Shown piece by piece: positions 50,331-59,562 of a DNA stretch of 64,000 nt. The notes below the pieces were generated by a model. That model made no database searches and had not been told where the DNA came from. It was given only the letters and a program-made list of their open reading frames with translations. The position numbers were made by a program, and so were the translations under genes. This stretch comes from Actinomycetes bacterium. Its GTDB lineage: Bacteria > Actinomycetota > Actinomycetes > Mycobacteriales > Mycobacteriaceae. Numbering within the stretch: the stretch's first letter is position 1; each line of letters starts with the position of its first letter. The stretch covers positions 15,666-79,665 of the forward strand of contig JAHZKD010000441.1 in assembly GCA_022600605.1 (NCBI GenBank), written 5' to 3'.

Positions 50331-50849
50331 TCAGCCGAACAGCTGGGCAGCTGCGCTGTGTTGGTGGCCGAACATCGCCGAGAAACCCTGAGCTTCAGCG
50401 CCCCGATCAGCAGGGGCGGGGGCCAGCCCAGTAGCGCCCCAGCCCCCAACTGCCCGATGGGGGGCCTGCACGCCAATAACGTCGAGGATCTCGACCTGCG
50501 GGCGCACCGTCGATACTGCAGTGCTGTGGTCGAGGTCTGTGGTGCTCACGCTGACGGGGCCGGTGTAGAGCCGAAGAATCCGGTGTATGCGGGTGCCAAA
50601 CGGCACCGGCGAATAGGACATCTTGCGCATCACGCCTACAGCGGCGACGGTGGCGGTGATCCCGACCGCCCCGGTCAACAAAGGCTGACCCAAGCGCGGC
50701 AACATGAACAATGTCAGCAGCAGACCGCCAACAACGGCGACCAACTCGGGAATCGGGTAGGGCCCGCCGGGCAGCTTCCAGCGGCCATCGAACTTGGCGA
50801 TGACGATGCGAATCCGGCTAGCTCGGGTGTACCACTTGGCGACAAACAC
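50331..50849 (-). CDS. TcpE/VirB3-like membrane protein
   Basis: YTRA.R...I.K..G.W.LPGGPY followed by two TMs; immediately upstream of virB4. Confidence 0.65.
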   Translation of the reverse strand: MFVAKWYTRASRIRIVIAKFDGRWKLPGGPYPIPELVAVVGGLLLTLFMLPRLGQPLLTGAVGITATVAAVGVMRKMSYSPVPFGTRIHRILRLYTGPVSVSTTDLDHSTAVSTVRPQVEILDVIGVQAPHRAVGGWGATGLAPAPADRGAEAQGFSAMFGHQHSAAAQLFG

Positions 50850-50864
50850 AGCGCGGCCCCAGCC

Positions 50865-51182
50865 CTACCTGGTGCCGGAGTTGGTCAAGGACCCGATGGT
50901 GTCTCGAGAGACCACACCGAGCGCCGGCAGTGAGCCGATCAACCCGACCAAAACCACACCGACTGCCAGGGCCTTCAAGGCGCCGGTTTTGTTCTTGTCG
51001 ATGAAGAAGTAAAACGCCGCAACCAACGCTGAACCGCCGATCAGCAGGTACACCGCAAAGGTGATCCCCTGGCTCTTGATATTCGACCCAATGTCCCAGA
51101 TCGGTGCGGCCATGTAGGTCAGCTGTGGCGGTGCGGCGACCAGCGGATCGAGCAGCAACGGGGCGGCAACAGTGGTGATCAT
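50865..51182 (-). CDS. Small two-TM conjugation protein (pilin/TcpD-like)
   Basis: Two hydrophobic helices; position between tcpC and tcpE-like genes. Confidence 0.55.
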   Translation of the reverse strand: MITTVAAPLLLDPLVAAPPQLTYMAAPIWDIGSNIKSQGITFAVYLLIGGSALVAAFYFFIDKNKTGALKALAVGVVLVGLIGSLPALGVVSRDTIGSLTNSGTR

Positions 51183-51185
51183 TCG

Positions 51186-52193
51186 TTAACTCCCTTTCGG
51201 AGCGTTGGGGAAGTACGTCGGCCGGCTGGCCGACGTCGTCGGGCTCGTAGAGCTCTGCTGTGCCCCCGATTCATCGGGGGCGATAACGGCGGGTGCATCG
51301 TTGATCCGATCCACCTGCCAATGCCCGCCAGCCACCGACATCACCAGCGGGAAATCCATCGGCATCAGCACCCCACTGGCGGTCTGCATGACCGCACGCA
51401 CAGTGACTTCGATTCCGTCGGCTTTGGGCGGAACATCCTGGGCGGTGGCGAGCTCGGAATTGGTCTGTACGCGTTCGATGGCCATCGTCGCGAACTGCGG
51501 GGGATGGGCGGGGGTCAAATCCGAGCCGGCAGTGATGAAAGGCGTCAGGTCTCCTTGTCCGGTCAGCAAGGCACTCAGGAAGCCGGAAACAACGCGAAAC
51601 ACCGGCCGGTCCTCAGAGACCAAAGTCTGGGTTGCTAACTGCACCGGTAGCCCCGCGGGCCGATCTGGGCGGGCATGGGGGAGGGTAAAGGCCCGGAACA
51701 AATTCTTGCGATCTGCTGAGATGTCGACCTGCAACCGAACAAAGGCCATCGATGCCGAGTTGGCAGCTTGGGGAATCTCAGCATCAACGACCACCGAGTA
51801 GGTGCGGTAACCGTCGATGAAGGCCCCGGGAAGCGCCGAGGACGCCCTCAGTGCATGCCCTCCTGCGGGCAACGCCGACATCGGTACATCGCCGTCATAG
51901 AACTGCTCGATCGCGGCACTGTTGGACGGGTCTTTGAGGTAGGTGTCGACATACCGTGTTGCATAAGCCCCCACGGCGGTGATCTGGTCCCGTTCGGCGA
52001 CGTCATCACCGGCGGCTGGGCGCTGCATCCACCCCAGCACCACCATCGCCATTAACGGGATGTAGCTGATCATGACGAACGCCAAAAACGACGCCGTGGC
52101 GCGCGTGCGGAGTTCATCTGCGCGGATCCTGTTCCCGCCGGCGAGACGCACAAAGATGGCCTCGGAGGACCGCCGCAACGAACCGGTCAGCAT
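51186..52193 (-). CDS. tcpC: TcpC-family (VirB8-like) conjugation protein
   Basis: N-terminal TM, two NTF2-like repeats (VSGFLSALLTG.GDL, W.V..I). Confidence 0.75.
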   Translation of the reverse strand: MLTGSLRRSSEAIFVRLAGGNRIRADELRTRATASFLAFVMISYIPLMAMVVLGWMQRPAAGDDVAERDQITAVGAYATRYVDTYLKDPSNSAAIEQFYDGDVPMSALPAGGHALRASSALPGAFIDGYRTYSVVVDAEIPQAANSASMAFVRLQVDISADRKNLFRAFTLPHARPDRPAGLPVQLATQTLVSEDRPVFRVVSGFLSALLTGQGDLTPFITAGSDLTPAHPPQFATMAIERVQTNSELATAQDVPPKADGIEVTVRAVMQTASGVLMPMDFPLVMSVAGGHWQVDRINDAPAVIAPDESGAQQSSTSPTTSASRPTYFPNAPKGS

Positions 52194-52387
52194 GAGATCC
52201 CAAGCGCGCGGCGGTGCAGGTCGTTCATCAACTGTGCGGCGGTGCTTCTGCCGTTGATGATGTGGGAGATCAACGCCGTCGAAGCCTGCTCGTCGAGGGG
52301 GTCGGCCGATAGCCGGCTCATCAGCACGCGTAGTTGGTCGGAATATGCGCGGACCCCGGTGGAGTCACGGCGGATCGGCGAAGCCAT
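52187..52387 (-). CDS. Small hypothetical leader protein of the transfer operon
   Basis: Overlaps the tcpC start; GAGG upstream. Confidence 0.5.
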   Translation of the reverse strand: MASPIRRDSTGVRAYSDQLRVLMSRLSADPLDEQASTALISHIINGRSTAAQLMNDLHRRALGISC

Positions 52388-52487
52388 GTTCAGGAGGACC
52401 TCTCGGGGGTCGAACGGGTCAGACGCACCCCCTTATGACCCCTTCGGGCCCCAATTCCCGACAACCAACTAGGTAACGAATCGATAA

Positions 52488-52515
52488 CGCATACGCGCGT
52501 ACGCGCCGCATATGC
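52488..52515. promoter_or_regulatory. Candidate operator, copy 2
   Basis: CGCATACGCGCGTACGCGCCGCATATGC matches 13381-13408 at 24/28. Confidence 0.6.
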
Positions 52516-52800
52516 GCACACAAGTTCGCTGAACGCTTGCCTAACGGGGATACGCTCGGCTCGACGAGCCCCCGGGCGAGGCGGAAGCCGAGCGGGCCCC
52601 CCGCCGCGGCGTAGCTCGTCAACTATGCGCTGAGCGCATCACCGCCTATGCGTTTAGCGCTGAGCAGCGCGAATCTCATCGCGCACCACACAACGCCTGG
52701 CCCCAGCATCCCCGGCGGGGACTCATCCGCACCGGCAGCGCACACCCGGTGTCGAGGCCGCGATGCCCAGCAACGCGACGCCGGCGTACACACCACTTCC

Positions 52801-52925
52801 TTGACAACCCCACTGACAACCGCAAACGCCCACGTCGCACCACCGTGATGTGACACACGTCACAGGCTGGGGGTGGTGTTGACAACCCCCTTGGCAACCA
52901 CGTCGTCAACCCGGCCAACAACCCG
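52801..52925. repeat. Phased (GA)CAACC repeats
   Basis: CAACC at 52883, 52895, 52907, 52919 (12-bp period), also at 52805 and 52818; TTGACAACCCC occurs twice. Confidence 0.55.
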
Positions 52926-52935
52926 CAGCGATTCC

Positions 52936-53691
52936 ATGAGCGCGTCACCCACCCCAGACGCACCGAGGAATCCAATGAACACCTGGGACCAACTCACCGA
53001 ACAGGCCCACCGCCTGCTCACCAGTCCCCGCCGCGGCGAGCTCACCGCCGCAGTGACCCTTGTTCAGTCACTGCACAAGCAGCCGCCACACTCACCGGAG
53101 GCGATTTGCGCACATTTGGACACCGCCACCACCGTCTTGCCTCAGCTCGCCCGCTACGCCCGCAGCCGCGACCGCCACGCCCTGCTGATGGCAGCAGTGC
53201 TGATGCGCCACCCCCTGCGCCGCATCGCCGAGATGGCCGACCCCGACGGATACCGCTCCAGCGACCGCGATGCCCGCGACAACGACACCCTGCGCATCTT
53301 TTTCGAAATCATCCGTACCGCCGCCGAGCCCCAATGCCTCACCTCGCGCTACCTGTACAGCCAAACCGTCAAACGGGTTCTCAAGGCCCGCCCCCAGGCC
53401 AATGCGCCAGCGGTGGCGATCCGCGTCGACCCGCACTCCAGCATTCTCGATCGACCCGACTTCGGCACGAGCCACGACCACGCTGCGGCCATGCTTCACA
53501 CCGCGCGCCAGCGGCGCATCATCACCGCCCTCGAGCACGAAACCCTCAAGACGCTCTACCTCAACTCTGACGTCTTCAGCCCCTCGGGCGCCGCGCGCAC
53601 ACTCAGCGCCAACATCGGCGCCATCGAGCGCCGAGCCCAACGCGCCATCCGAAAACTCAGCGCCCACTACGACACCGCAGCGGCGGCATGA
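52936..53691 (+). CDS. Sigma-factor-like / HTH DNA-binding protein
   Basis: C-terminal region-4-like HTH: ETLKTLYL...GAARTL...AIERRAQRAIRKL. Confidence 0.6.
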   Translation: MSASPTPDAPRNPMNTWDQLTEQAHRLLTSPRRGELTAAVTLVQSLHKQPPHSPEAICAHLDTATTVLPQLARYARSRDRHALLMAAVLMRHPLRRIAEMADPDGYRSSDRDARDNDTLRIFFEIIRTAAEPQCLTSRYLYSQTVKRVLKARPQANAPAVAIRVDPHSSILDRPDFGTSHDHAAAMLHTARQRRIITALEHETLKTLYLNSDVFSPSGAARTLSANIGAIERRAQRAIRKLSAHYDTAAAA

Positions 53692-55052
53692 TCACCGCAT
53701 CTGACTGCTGGCCCGGCGCCCTGGCAACCGCTCTATTTGCCCTCACACCTCTGTTGGCCAGCGCACCTCCGGCAATGGCTGCAGCATGTCCGACGGTGGA
53801 GGCAATCGCGGTGCCCGGGACCACCCAAACCCATCCACGAGCCGACCCGAAAACACCGGTGGGCGTCCTAGGAAAAATCCTGGAACCTCTCCGCAAGCAC
53901 GCCCCAGTCAAGCTGACCACCTACTACACGCCCTACCCGGCAACGATCGTCGGCGGCGGCGAAAATGGCGGCTACAAAGCCTCCAAGGAAGCCGGTATCG
54001 ACGCCACCAACGCCCGTCTCAAGGCTGTCGCCACGCGCTGCCCCAGCACCGTATTTCTGCTCACCGGATATAGCCAAGGCGCCGACGTTGCCGGAGATCT
54101 CGCCGCCACAATCGGCCACAATCGCGGCATCATTCCCGCCTCACGACTGCTCGGAGTGGCCCTGGTTGCCGACCCCTCACAAGCGCCGACTGGCCAACCC
54201 ACTATCGGCCCCAAGCGCCCCGGGATCGGCTTTGCCGGGGTGCGCTCAGGCGGATTCGGATCCCTCACTCAGCGCAACGGATTGCTGTCAATCTGCGCCC
54301 CCCAGGACTACTACTGCAACCTGCCCCAAGGTGATGTTGTCATGCGGCTGATCGGGCACCTGGGCTCCCAACTCGACCCCGCTGACCCCGCCGGATCGGC
54401 AAAAAAACTGGCCACCATCTTCATGGCAGGCCTGGTTGCACCCGCCACCGCCGCCATCAACCAGATCATCACACTCGTCTCCGACCCCAACCTCATCCCC
54501 AATCTGATCCAACGCGGCACCAGCTTCGCTAAGGCCCTCGCTCAACAGCTTTTCTGGCTCGGCGGTCCCCAAGTAGCGGCCACCGCCACCGCGCTCGTCA
54601 ACGCCGCCACCAACGTCATCAATCTCGTCTCCGCCCGCGCCTGGACGGCGCTACCTGCCACCATCACTGCTCTGGCCGGCAGGGCCAACGATGTAGGCAA
54701 GGCACTGAGCCAGATGGCGGCAAAAACCTCCACAATCAACGTCGACGGATTCGGACCGGTCGGTGCGGGATTGTCTGCACCCTCCGCCGACATCGACTCC
54801 CTAGCCACCGCGGTGCTCAACGCCATCAGCATCGCCACCGGCGGCATCGCAACCCAAGCGACAGGCATTTTCGGGCCCACTTTCTCCCGCTTTTCCCCTG
54901 CCACCGTGGCCTCATCGCTGACCCGCTATGCCGAGTTCATTCGCGGCGGATTCCACTCCAACTACCACACCACCGCACTGGACGAGGCCGGGCACACCGG
55001 CACTGAAATTGTGCGCCGCTACCTAGCCAACCAGATCAACAAACTCCTCTAA
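53688..55052 (+). CDS. Secreted cutinase-family alpha/beta hydrolase with helical insertion
   Basis: Signal peptide; GYSQGA nucleophile; CAPQDYYC; C-terminal HSNY. Confidence 0.85.
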   Translation: MITASDCWPGALATALFALTPLLASAPPAMAAACPTVEAIAVPGTTQTHPRADPKTPVGVLGKILEPLRKHAPVKLTTYYTPYPATIVGGGENGGYKASKEAGIDATNARLKAVATRCPSTVFLLTGYSQGADVAGDLAATIGHNRGIIPASRLLGVALVADPSQAPTGQPTIGPKRPGIGFAGVRSGGFGSLTQRNGLLSICAPQDYYCNLPQGDVVMRLIGHLGSQLDPADPAGSAKKLATIFMAGLVAPATAAINQIITLVSDPNLIPNLIQRGTSFAKALAQQLFWLGGPQVAATATALVNAATNVINLVSARAWTALPATITALAGRANDVGKALSQMAAKTSTINVDGFGPVGAGLSAPSADIDSLATAVLNAISIATGGIATQATGIFGPTFSRFSPATVASSLTRYAEFIRGGFHSNYHTTALDEAGHTGTEIVRRYLANQINKLL

Positions 55053-55106
55053 ACAGCACCTGCACTCATGCCCTGCGCACATCTCATACCGAAAGGGATC
55101 CACTCT

Positions 55107-55409
55107 ATGGACTACCGGCTGTGGCTACTGGCCGACGCCTCCGGGCGCATCACCCTGCACGGCTGGTCAGAAACCAGCAGCGACTCCGCAGACACGGCCC
55201 CTAAAGTCCACCACTGGCCCACCTATCACCTCTGCGATGACCCCGCCCAACTACCCGCACGCCTCGAAGAGCTCGGCCTAGAGCTCGCCGCCGGCGCCGA
55301 TCTTGGCGACCTGCATCGCACCTGGGACGTCTATCTACGACACCCCGACCCCTCGGGGTTGCGAGCATCCCTGGACCGCCGCAGTGCACATACCGGAGGC
55401 GGTGACTGA
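55107..55409 (+). CDS. Hypothetical protein
   Basis: GAAAGGG RBS; MDYRLWLLAD... Confidence 0.55.
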   Translation: MDYRLWLLADASGRITLHGWSETSSDSADTAPKVHHWPTYHLCDDPAQLPARLEELGLELAAGADLGDLHRTWDVYLRHPDPSGLRASLDRRSAHTGGGD

Positions 55410-55477
55410 CTATCGGTGCAGCCCACACCAACCCGATTTGTGTACACACTGTGTATCTGTGCGATACCATGTGCCCC

Positions 55478-55720
55478 ATGAAGACGGTCGGTGTCCGCGA
55501 ACTGCGCCAAAATTGGAGCATGTTCCTGCGCGACGTCGCCGACGGCGAAACCATCGAGATCACCCACCACGGCCACCCCGTCGCCCAACTCATCCCCGCC
55601 ACACCAGATACCTGGGACGCCCTGATCGCCAGCAAGGAAGTCACCCCCGCCCGCACCACACCCGCCGACATCCTCAACCACAAACCCCGCCCATACAGCC
55701 ACACGCAGGACCCCCGGTGA
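55478..55720 (+). CDS. Phd/YefM-family antitoxin
   Basis: MKTVGVRELRQN...GETIEIT.HG.PVA.LIP. Confidence 0.88.
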   Translation: MKTVGVRELRQNWSMFLRDVADGETIEITHHGHPVAQLIPATPDTWDALIASKEVTPARTTPADILNHKPRPYSHTQDPR

Positions 55721-56118
55721 TCTACCTCGATGCCACCGCCGTCATGAAACTCATCGTCGAAACCCCCGAATCCCCAGCGCTAACCAACTACCTGCACGCC
55801 CACACCGACACCCGCTGGTTCACCTGCGCGCTAACCCGCCCCGAAGTGCTGCGCGCGACAGCCTCCCTGCCCGCCGAAGCCACCGAACACGCCCACCACA
55901 TCTTCGCCGGCCTCGATACCGTCGCCATCACTGACCGCCTCCTCGAGGCCGCCGCCGCCCTGGCCCCCGCCCCACACACCACCGAGGCCGCCCTACACAT
56001 CGCCGCAGCGCGCAGCGCCGGACCGCGACTGCGCACCCTGGTCACCTACAACCCCGACCTGACCGACGACGCGACCCACCACCACATCAGCACCGTCCAC
56101 CCAGGAGACTGCGCGTGA
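55717..56118 (+). CDS. vapC: VapC PIN-domain protein with degenerate active site
   Basis: IYLDATA.MKL...E.ES; TEAALH and VTYN in place of TLDALH and VTYD. Confidence 0.8.
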   Translation: MIYLDATAVMKLIVETPESPALTNYLHAHTDTRWFTCALTRPEVLRATASLPAEATEHAHHIFAGLDTVAITDRLLEAAAALAPAPHTTEAALHIAAARSAGPRLRTLVTYNPDLTDDATHHHISTVHPGDCA

Positions 56119-56522
56119 TCCGCACATTAATCACCAGCGGACTACTCGCCGGCGCCGCCATACATTTCCTCGGGACCCCCGCCGAAATCGCGATCCCCTA
56201 CACCGTGCTCATCGGCCTGGCCCTGTGGTTCCTCTGGCCGCTACTGCGGCGCACACACCGCCGCGGCCGACGCCGCCAACCCCCGCCCGCACCGCACCCC
56301 TACCCACACCCCTGGCCACCACCGCCCACACCACAACTCACCCAAATCAACCACCACCACTACTACGGCCCACCCCACTACAGCCACCCCCACCACGGTC
56401 GACCACCGATGCCCGCCCCCTACCCACCACATCCCAACCACACCCTGCCCGCGCTGCCGCAGCACACCGCCCGACAGCAGGCCCACGACGCGATCTACGA
56501 CACCATCGACCCCGACCAATGA
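56115..56522 (+). CDS. Membrane protein with Pro/His-rich tail
   Basis: Two TMs, then INHHHYY and Pro-rich region; overlaps both neighbours. Confidence 0.55.
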   Translation: MIRTLITSGLLAGAAIHFLGTPAEIAIPYTVLIGLALWFLWPLLRRTHRRGRRRQPPPAPHPYPHPWPPPPTPQLTQINHHHYYGPPHYSHPHHGRPPMPAPYPPHPNHTLPALPQHTARQQAHDAIYDTIDPDQ

Positions 56523-57430
56523 GCCCCGACCACGACCCGCCCAACGATCACGGCTGGGACAACCGCCGGCTGATCCTGGCCTCTCTGGCGCCGCGCACCA
56601 CCACCCGCCCAGCCCGCAAAACACCAGCCGCCGACGACCCCGACGACAACGAAAGCAACACCACCAAAAGACCCTCACTGCTGGGCCGCGCGCTGCGAGC
56701 ATGCGCCCGCACTGCCGCCGCCGCAGGGCGAGCGGTCAACAAACGAGTGCCAACAGAGCACCGCACCCGCGCACTCATCCTCACCGCAGTTGTCGTGGTG
56801 GCTCTGGCCGTCGCCTTAGCCGGGGTCAAACACTTCAGCGCCGACATCAACCCACCCCCACCGGCGACAACCGCGGCCCCACCCCCGGCGCCAAGCCAGC
56901 CGCCGCTGCGGCGTGACACCGTCCTGACCGGCGTCACCGCCACCGATCTGTGCCCCCGCGACGCCAACTACTCCGACGCCAACCGGGCCTTCGACGGCGA
57001 CTCCAACACCGCCTGGATCTGCACCCGCGCCAACAACCAAGACGGCCAGACCCTGCAAGTCGACTTCGGCCGCCAAGTGACCCTGACCCAAATCCGAGCC
57101 ATCGGCGGATTCGACGCCCTGGCCCCCGACGGCACAGACCAATGGCCCCAACACCGCATCGTCACCAAACTCGAAATCTGGTTTCCCAAAGAACTCAAAC
57201 GCGACCCCGTCACCATCAACACCAACGGCGTCCGCGGCTTTCGCTTCGTCAACCTCAACCCACCGGCCACGGTGAACAAACTGCTCATCCGCGTCGCCGA
57301 AACATCCCCGCCACCCCGTCCCAGCACCCCAACACCAAACACCCCCTCACCAGCAACCGACGAAGACGCCACAACAGTGGCGATCAGCGAAATTCAATTC
57401 ATCGGCACCGAAAGCCCCCGACCCACATAG
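56519..57430 (+). CDS. Single-TM protein with extracellular discoidin/F5-8C-like domain
   Basis: AFDGDSNTAW, LQVDFG, VAISEIQF.G. Confidence 0.72.
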   Translation: MSPDHDPPNDHGWDNRRLILASLAPRTTTRPARKTPAADDPDDNESNTTKRPSLLGRALRACARTAAAAGRAVNKRVPTEHRTRALILTAVVVVALAVALAGVKHFSADINPPPPATTAAPPPAPSQPPLRRDTVLTGVTATDLCPRDANYSDANRAFDGDSNTAWICTRANNQDGQTLQVDFGRQVTLTQIRAIGGFDALAPDGTDQWPQHRIVTKLEIWFPKELKRDPVTINTNGVRGFRFVNLNPPATVNKLLIRVAETSPPPRPSTPTPNTPSPATDEDATTVAISEIQFIGTESPRPT

Positions 57431-57434
57431 TTGG

Positions 57435-57466
57435 GCGCGCGCAATCGAGAAAGCTCTCGATCACCC
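57435..57466. repeat. 32-bp direct repeat with hairpin, copy 1 (remnant of a fic 3' end)
   Basis: GCGCGCGCAATCGAGAAAGCTCTCGATCACCC is identical to 58218-58249. Confidence 0.85.
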
Positions 57467-57603
57467 CCGCCGTCCGCCACGCTCGGCCCACGCGTCCAGC
57501 GCAGCGGAACACCACACCGGTTGCGGGGCAGCCTTCAATACTGCGGTACCAGAGCAGTACTGCTAAACGGTACTATATAGGTACCAACAATGAAGGAGTT
57601 GCG

Positions 57604-57801
57604 GTGCCGGCATTGAATGTGGAGTTCTCAGACGACGAGTTGGCGACGGTGCGCATCGCCGCAGGTAGCGAGGGGACCTCGATGAGGGCGTTCGCAAAGC
57701 AGGCGATCCTCGATCGGGCTATCGATCGCGAAGGCCGAGTCCGCGAGCTAGGAGTCGAGATTGCACAGCGATCCGCGGAGTTGAATCGCCGGCTGGCGTG
57801 A
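57604..57801 (+). CDS. RHH-type antitoxin
   Basis: LNVEFSDDE...AGSEGTSM..FAKQAI...LNRRLA; GAAGGAG RBS; GTGA overlap with doc. Confidence 0.75.
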   Translation: MPALNVEFSDDELATVRIAAGSEGTSMRAFAKQAILDRAIDREGRVRELGVEIAQRSAELNRRLA

Positions 57802-58187
57802 CCGACTTCCCCACAGCTGATGAGGTGCTAGTTGTGGCTGAATACGCCTGCGGGTTTCGCCCCCTGGTCAGCGATCCCGGTTTGTTCGAGTCCAACCTGA
57901 TGCGCCCAGCGGCAACGGTTTTCGGCAGGGATGCCTATCCAACGATTTGGGATAAAGCGGCAGCCCTATTGCACTCGTTCCTCACAACACAATCCCTGGC
58001 CGACGGCAACAAGCGGACAGGTTGGGCTGCATGCTGGCTGCTACTGGGCCTTAACGGGCATCATCTGTCGTCAGACCTCGATACGGACGCCGCCGAGCAG
58101 CTCGTGCTCGGCATCGCCGCCAACGAAATGACATGGGACGACATCACGGCGCAACTGCCACATTTCGCCGTATCCAGTCCGCCATAG
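57798..58187 (+). CDS. Doc/Fic-family toxin with His-to-Gln motif change
   Basis: AYPTIWDKAAALLHS...QSLADGNKRT. Confidence 0.85.
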   Translation: MTDFPTADEVLVVAEYACGFRPLVSDPGLFESNLMRPAATVFGRDAYPTIWDKAAALLHSFLTTQSLADGNKRTGWAACWLLLGLNGHHLSSDLDTDAAEQLVLGIAANEMTWDDITAQLPHFAVSSPP

Positions 58188-58217
58188 GTATGCCCAGCAC
58201 CCCCGATCTACATAGAT

Positions 58218-58249
58218 GCGCGCGCAATCGAGAAAGCTCTCGATCACCC
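58218..58249. terminator. Hairpin ATCGAGA-AAGC-TCTCGAT between convergent doc and fic; repeat copy 2
   Basis: Inverted repeat at the fic stop. Confidence 0.55.
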
Positions 58250-59386
58250 GCGCCGTCCGGCGCGTTCGGCGAACGAGTCCAACGCCTTAAGCACTTCAGG
58301 TGAACGCCACACCCGGTTGCGGGGCCCATTGGTTGTCTCGATGAGGATTCCGGCCTCGGCGAGGGGGTTGAGGTAGCGGTGCGCGTTGGTCGTCGCGATA
58401 CCCAATTCCTGGGCCAGCAGCGCTGCGTTCACCACCGGCCGGCGGGTCAACAACTCGGCGACCTTCCACACCGCTGAGTCCGACCTCGCGGTGATCACGT
58501 CGTTCCAACTATCCCGGATATCGTGAAGGTCGCTTACCAGTTGGCGCCCGTTTACGATGGCCAGAACGGTTGCGCGTGAAAAGCACTCGACGATCGGGGC
58601 CGCGTTACCCCCACGATAGCTAGTCAATGCATCGAAGTATCCACTCGTATCGGCCAGCAGCCCAGCTGAGACTGGCAGCGTCACCTGACGCGTCAGGCCC
58701 TTGTTGCATAGCATCGCTTGCACCAACGCCCGACCCGTGCGCCCGTTTCCGTCGGTGAAGGGATGAATGGTCTCGAACTGTGCATGGCCCACCGCAATTT
58801 GCGCCAGAGTGGGAATGTCGGCGCGCTGCGCGAAAGCGATCAGGTCGTCCATCGCACTCGGAATAATCTCGTGGCGCGGGCCGACGAATGTCGCGCCGAT
58901 AGGAGTAGTGCCACCTCCGATCCACACCGGTTCGGTACGGAATTCCCCTGGAGTGTGCCGTGACTCGTTGGCCATCAACGCCCGGTGCATCGCCAGAATG
59001 GCCTTGTGGTCGATGGTGGCCGACAGGTTGACCGCTGCCTGCATCGCGGCGGTGTTGGCGACGATCATCTGCGCGTTACGCTTTGCTTTGCCGCCCGGCA
59101 ACTCGGCCTCGGCGATCGCGCGCGCTGATGCGGTCAGGTTTTCGATTTCCGAGCTTGCCGCGGACTCTGACCGCAGCAACACGGTCGCAAACGGGGCGAT
59201 TTCTCCGCCGAGTTCGGCGTCAAGACGCGCGATCTCGTGGCTGGCGGACTCGGCATCCGCCAACACCTGCGGCGCCAGGTCGAGGACCAGGTCAGCAACA
59301 CTTGCCGGCACTACGGGGCTGGCGTACCGCGTACCCTGCGGCTCCCAACGAAGGGTGTCGTAGGTGACCGGGCTAAGCGAAGTCAC
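58244..59386 (-). CDS. Fic-family protein (class II, auto-inhibitory motif) with C-terminal HTH
   Basis: HPFTDGNGRTGR; N-terminal SSEIEN. Confidence 0.92.
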   Translation of the reverse strand: MTSLSPVTYDTLRWEPQGTRYASPVVPASVADLVLDLAPQVLADAESASHEIARLDAELGGEIAPFATVLLRSESAASSEIENLTASARAIAEAELPGGKAKRNAQMIVANTAAMQAAVNLSATIDHKAILAMHRALMANESRHTPGEFRTEPVWIGGGTTPIGATFVGPRHEIIPSAMDDLIAFAQRADIPTLAQIAVGHAQFETIHPFTDGNGRTGRALVQAMLCNKGLTRQVTLPVSAGLLADTSGYFDALTSYRGGNAAPIVECFSRATVLAIVNGRQLVSDLHDIRDSWNDVITARSDSAVWKVAELLTRRPVVNAALLAQELGIATTNAHRYLNPLAEAGILIETTNGPRNRVWRSPEVLKALDSFAERAGRRG

Positions 59387-59562
59387 CCAAACATCGTAAC
59401 TTCAGTTAAGGCATTAAGTGACGTCTAGGATTATTCGGTAATTCTTCCGGCCTCGTCTATTTCCTTGATGCCTGCGTCCATCGCGGCTTTGGGATCGGGG
59501 CGCTATTCATGATCTGTTCTTGACATCCTCCACCGCTTGAAAGCGGTGGATTCCCTTGGCTG

